From Octopus sinensis (taxonomy: Eukaryota), in contig NW_021834012.1 of assembly GCF_006345805.1 (NCBI RefSeq), positions 1-51,834 of the forward strand: a DNA stretch of 51,834 bases, read 5' to 3'. The notes under the pieces are model-generated. The model saw only the letters and a program-made list of their open reading frames with translations. It did no database searches and was not told where the DNA came from. Both the position numbers and the translations under genes were made by a program. Positions 47,340-51,834 of this stretch are shown piece by piece (the first letter of the stretch is position 1; each line of letters begins with the position of its first letter).

Positions 47340-47650
47340 AAAAAACAGGTCAGGTACGCCGTCTGCAGGAGGTGCAAATAGTTAAGGGAATAGTTATGCA
47401 GAATAATAGAAATCCAGGGAAGACCTCTGTGAGAAGAATATACAGTTAAGGTAGTCAATAGTATGATCCACACAATTAAATAAGAAATTATTCAATACCA
47501 AAATTCTCTGCTTGAAGAATACACAGTTAAGATTGAGACATATTTGCACGGAGCGCAAAAATATAGATTATAGAATAAAGAAAAAAATATGTAATGTCTT
47601 CTCTCGACAGCTGATTGAAGGTGGCCGTAACTGTCTTAATAAACGTATTC
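47340..47650 (+). mobile_element. Possible degraded Penelope-like 3' end with a decayed hammerhead motif
   Basis: RRLQEVQIVKGIVMQNNRNPG loosely resembles the PLE C-terminal R..KE...I......N...G; downstream GACAGCTGATTGAAGGTGGCCGTAACTGTC followed by AATAAA. Confidence 0.4.
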
Positions 47651-48704
47651 ATAGATATAATATGTGCACGATGTCATAGTTGTGCGACTACCGAGAAGTC
47701 AGGACGAATTTTCTAAATTAAGTTGGGCTGCCTTTTTCAGGAGTAAAGTATTAAAACATTTGCCACTCTACTCTGCCTTACTGCATCTACACATATATAC
47801 GCTGTGTGTTTGTTTGTTTGTGTGTGTGTGTGTGTGTTGTGTGTGTGTGTGTGTCTGTGTGTCTGTGTGTCTGTGTGTTTATGTGAGTGTGTTTAAGCAG
47901 CAAATGTGGTTCAGGGAGACAACGGAATTTACCGAAAAGCATATATAATAGACGCAAACAAGTTGTTCGTCTGTTGTTGAGCAAATATCAACCAAATTTC
48001 GTCAGCTCCAACAATATTATTCAATTTAGAATTGTTAGCAAGATAAACTGTTGTATAAAAAAAACTGTGGACACGACAGACGCAAACGGCTTGAAGAAAA
48101 ATGATACATGTAGAATAACAAGAATATATAGTGTCTGTCGATCAAACAGTAAATAATGTACGAATGAGATGGTGAATGTTTTTTCTTACTTCTTTTCGTG
48201 TGAGGCACAGTTAACTATTAGTTTCTGACAAACTCCTAATAATGGTGAAAGCAGAGTATTTTCTAGCAAACACATACAACTGTGTTATACACGAAACAAT
48301 AAGTGCAGGAGTGTATATATATACGTGTGTGTAAGTAGTGGAGGTTCATTTATCTGTAACTTTATGTGATAAAGTATTCCTTGTTGATCTTTTACGCTTG
48401 AACAGCTAAATGCATTTTGAACAGCTAGTCGAGGGCTCCAGACAGCCATGATTCTGAACCGCGCGTAGGGACTATAATATACACTTGGGTTTACCATTAA
48501 TTCCTTTACATTTGCTGTGTAGATCATAACTAGTAATGATACTCAGAACAGAAGCTACTTGGATTATGAATATAGACTCGAAGATCTAGGTTCAGCAGTG
48601 CAAGTTCTCACCATTACTTCTAAATATATGGATGTATAACCTACACATAAAAATATGGGATATACATGAATATACATACATACATACATACATACATACA
48701 TACA

Positions 48705-48736
<32 letters not shown>

Positions 48737-49075
48737 CATAGATATAGATATCAATTTATTTTCGCCATAGCAACCGCGTAAGAAATGGAGCACAAATCCA
48801 TGCTAAGTTGAAATTCTGCCGAGGACAAATGTACCTTTACCGCTTCCTGGAGGTTGGTCAGCAATAATATAAAATGCCACTCAACTACTTGCAAAAGTCG
48901 ATATACTATTCCGATAAAGACTTCAATCTCTCACCCCCCCCCCACTCTCCCTCACTTTCCCTCCTTCAACCTCGCTATTTCAATATATCTATATCCGTTT
49001 CACTATCTACCTATCTATATATCTATCTTTCTATCTATCTATCTATCCTAACTCTCTCTATATCTGTAAGTATAT

Positions 49076-49119
<44 letters not shown>

Positions 49120-49220
49120 GGGTGTGTGTGTGTGTGGTGTGTATACCACATATATACACATATATATATTCGTTTATTTGCGTTCATTTGTGTGAGTGTG
49201 TGTGTATATATATGTATATG

Positions 49221-49257
<37 letters not shown>

Positions 49258-49583
49258 CACATATATATATATATATAATATATATACACTGACACACATT
49301 TATACATATGTAGATGCGTGTGCTTAGATACTTCTAAATATAGAACTAGCTTTCACAAAGCTCAACACACATTTAACACATACGCACTCAAACACACACA
49401 CGCATGTGCATGCACGCACACACATTCAATACACACACGCACGTACGCATGCACCCAAACAGAACATGTAAACGCACTTCAATTAATCGGCCATTATTTC
49501 ACGAAATACTTAACCTTTTCACACCGCGGTCACAATACGAAAGTAGCAAGAGATCACAGTTGGTCAGGTAGCAAGGAGGCAAA

Positions 49584-49641
<58 letters not shown>

Positions 49642-49901
49642 GATAATAATAATAATAATAAGAAGAAGAAGAAGAATGATGAGGATCGTGATAATAATGA
49701 TGGCGATGAAGATGACGATGACGGTGATGACGATGCTCTAGAATTCTGCGTTCAAAGGAAACGGTTACTCTTAAACTGAAAGAAGGACTTTTTCAAAATG
49801 ATGTTAGTTCCATTACATTAGCGTTGGAGGAGATTTCAAAGTCTTTGATATGGTTTTAATGTCATCCAGTGTGACCGGTTCCACTGCAAAGATATATGTT
49901 A

Positions 49902-49948
<47 letters not shown>

Positions 49949-50154
49949 CATACCATGTGTGTGTGAGTGTGTTTGTACGTATATAAATGCATATGCATAT
50001 GAATATATAATAATATATATATAGAAGAGAGAGAGAGAGAGATACTACACATCTCTATGTATATATATATAATATATATGTATAAATGATTGTGTTCGTG
50101 TATATATCTATTTATCTATCTATCTCCCTATCTATCTACCAATATATATATGCA

Positions 50155-50196
<42 letters not shown>

Positions 50197-50445
50197 TATG
50201 AATATATTCAGATATAGGTATATTGATGTATTGATATATCGATGCATATACATCCGTGCATGTATACCCGGGAGGTGTATATCGGATGTTATATATACAC
50301 ATGTATCCCATCATACTTTATGAAACGTCAGCAGCGGAAGAAACCTATTCTTGTTTTATTATATTATTTCTAATCTGTAACACACTACCATTCATGTGTG
50401 CATGCATGCATAATTGTGTGTGTGCGTGCTTATGCGCGTGTATGT

Positions 50446-50497
<52 letters not shown>

Positions 50498-50707
50498 AGA
50501 TTCTGCTCAAGTAAGATGAAAAGTATTCTTTTGCACCTAACTTGGTCGATTTCTCTCCATTTAATGCCATAAACAGAAGAGTGCAGAAGCCTCATCCCGT
50601 GCATGTACACATATATATGCATATAAATATACATATATACATACATACACACATACACACACACACAGATATATATATATATATATATATATTTCCATTC
50701 TCAGCCA

Positions 50708-50751
50708 AAACTCTACGACGACCGGGAACGCGAAACTCTGAGTAACAGTTT
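50708..50751 (+). ncRNA. Degenerate copy of the 41581 hammerhead
   Basis: AAACTCT-ACGACGA-C-CG(GGAA)CG-C-GAAA-CTCTGAG-TA-ACAGTTT; core C3 changed to A, one stem I mismatch. Confidence 0.6.
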
Positions 50752-50813
50752 CTGTGAAGTCTTGAAGCTTTATTAATAAAGTATACTACTGTACCTCCGG
50801 TGTGCTTACTCTG

Positions 50814-50858
<45 letters not shown>

Positions 50859-50951
50859 TAATAAAAATAATGAAATGTAGCAACAAACGAATGAGATCCC
50901 GATATTCGAGAAACCGAGGATTATATTTAACGGTTTTTCGTATCGTCTGTT

Positions 50952-51024
50952 GCTGTAATAGCCGACGGAATGTATTGTAGCTCTTAGCTCTAGTATTCAA
51001 AACTCTGAGTACTATAATGACAGC
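50952..51024 (+). ncRNA. Degenerate hammerhead-like motif with a longer stem II
   Basis: ATAG-CCGACG-GAATG...TATTC-AAAA-CTCTGAG-TA-CTAT, with outer GCTGT/ACAGC pairing; A9 is missing and G12 is changed to A. Confidence 0.4.
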
Positions 51025-51061
51025 CTTTTAATGTTTGTCCTAAATAAAACATATAAAGATA

Positions 51062-51117
<56 letters not shown>

Positions 51118-51251
51118 GTATTTGCGCTTACAAATATATATGTGTTTAGGGAGTTCCGTCGATGATCGTAAGACTGTGCTTTCGATCCCTCGGCCATTTA
51201 ATGCGTTATGTTCTTGAGTAAAATTCTTCATTTCTCATTGCTCCGCTCCAG

Positions 51252-51373
51252 TCAGATGGCAAAATGGTCTAATCCTGCGACGGTTCGGCGTCACGTCCAG
51301 GGATGTAGGAATGTACACAAGGCAGTGTCCAGGAAACGGATACATGATTCTACGCCTCGAGATCTATGTTTGA
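51252..51373 (+). CDS. Weak candidate terminal exon (RWQNGLILRRFGVTSRDVGMYTRQCPGNGYMILRLEIYV*)
   Basis: Pyrimidine tract TTCTTCATTTCTCATTGCTCCGCTCCAG|; open frame with an Ig-like D-x-G-x-Y motif but displaced Cys. Confidence 0.22.
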
Positions 51374-51834
51374 TAAATTTTCGACTTGCTCGCACAGACA
51401 CACACACACGCACACACAAACACGCACATACACAGGCACAACAAACGCACACGCGCACACATGTGTACATATATTTGCATATATATAATTTTTCACGTAG
51501 AAATGCGCAGGCAATCACATACGAACGGAAACTCATACACTCTCGTTGTTTGAATCTTCGTTAACTTTAGGTTACAGATGTAAAGATCAGCCGAAAACTT
51601 TGTTACTTGTACAACAATAACATTAGTGCCGAACTGCATGTATTTCCCTACCGAATCGCACTCCAATTCAGTGTATATGAGTACTGCATGTTAATTCATT
51701 CACTCGGAAATTCATTCATGGAAGCTTAGACCTGTTGCATGTAACATGATTTATTTTGCAAACAGCTCTGTTCGTAAAATGGCGGTGTTTCGAAGAATAC
51801 CTGATGTAAGTCTGTGTACTTACATGTATACATA

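Larger units (their letters stand above)
1..51834. repeat. Pervasive microsatellites: (TA)n, (CA/TG)n, (TACA)n, (TAGA)n, (GA)n, (ATT)n, (CAT)n, (GGT)n, (GCT)n, (CTT)n
   Basis: Directly visible, e.g. (TACA)n 1385-1660, (TAGA)n 2410-2470, (ATT)n 4910-4970 and 5205-5545, (GGT)n 14950-15020, (CAT)n 39750-39975 and 40420-40665. They account for most ORFs in the track. Confidence 0.98.

Noticed and set aside
302-51564. Numerous YI/HT/CV/LS and poly-I/L/D/M ORFs
   Set aside because: Microsatellite translations, or SINE-derived ORFs recurring with each SINE copy (e.g. RRASFSFRLPNPLTRLWSARG).

Overview
This is AT-rich, repeat-saturated animal genomic DNA. The SINE families, which I recognise from memory but have not checked against a database, and the microsatellite load point to an octopus. 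There is no prokaryotic or viral gene content, and no long protein-coding ORF: nearly all ORFs in the supplied track are translations of (TA)n, (CA)n, (TAGA)n, (ATT)n, (CAT)n or (CTT)n repeats. The window holds many copies of about six short retroposon families, several nested and several with clear target-site duplications (TSDs). It also holds three TIR/foldback MITE-like elements and several minisatellites. Penelope-like element (PLE) remnants are present, one with a recognisable GIY-YIG C-terminus, and their terminal repeats carry minimal type I hammerhead ribozyme folds. The most notable observations are: (1) a set of hammerhead motifs, two sharing a covarying 2-bp GNRA stem II closed by a pyrimidine-pyrimidine mismatch; (2) twin 24-bp arrays that read DKTVKPVL, one enclosed by a 45-bp inverted repeat spanning a candidate exon-intron junction; (3) a MITE with a 9-bp TSD and an internal (TTAGGG)3 G-quadruplex motif; (4) a 53-bp array with a recombinant ectopic copy; (5) a candidate RFX X-box promoter; and (6) a chain of phase-compatible candidate exons for a gene I cannot identify. 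All exon calls are low-confidence and based on splice signals only.
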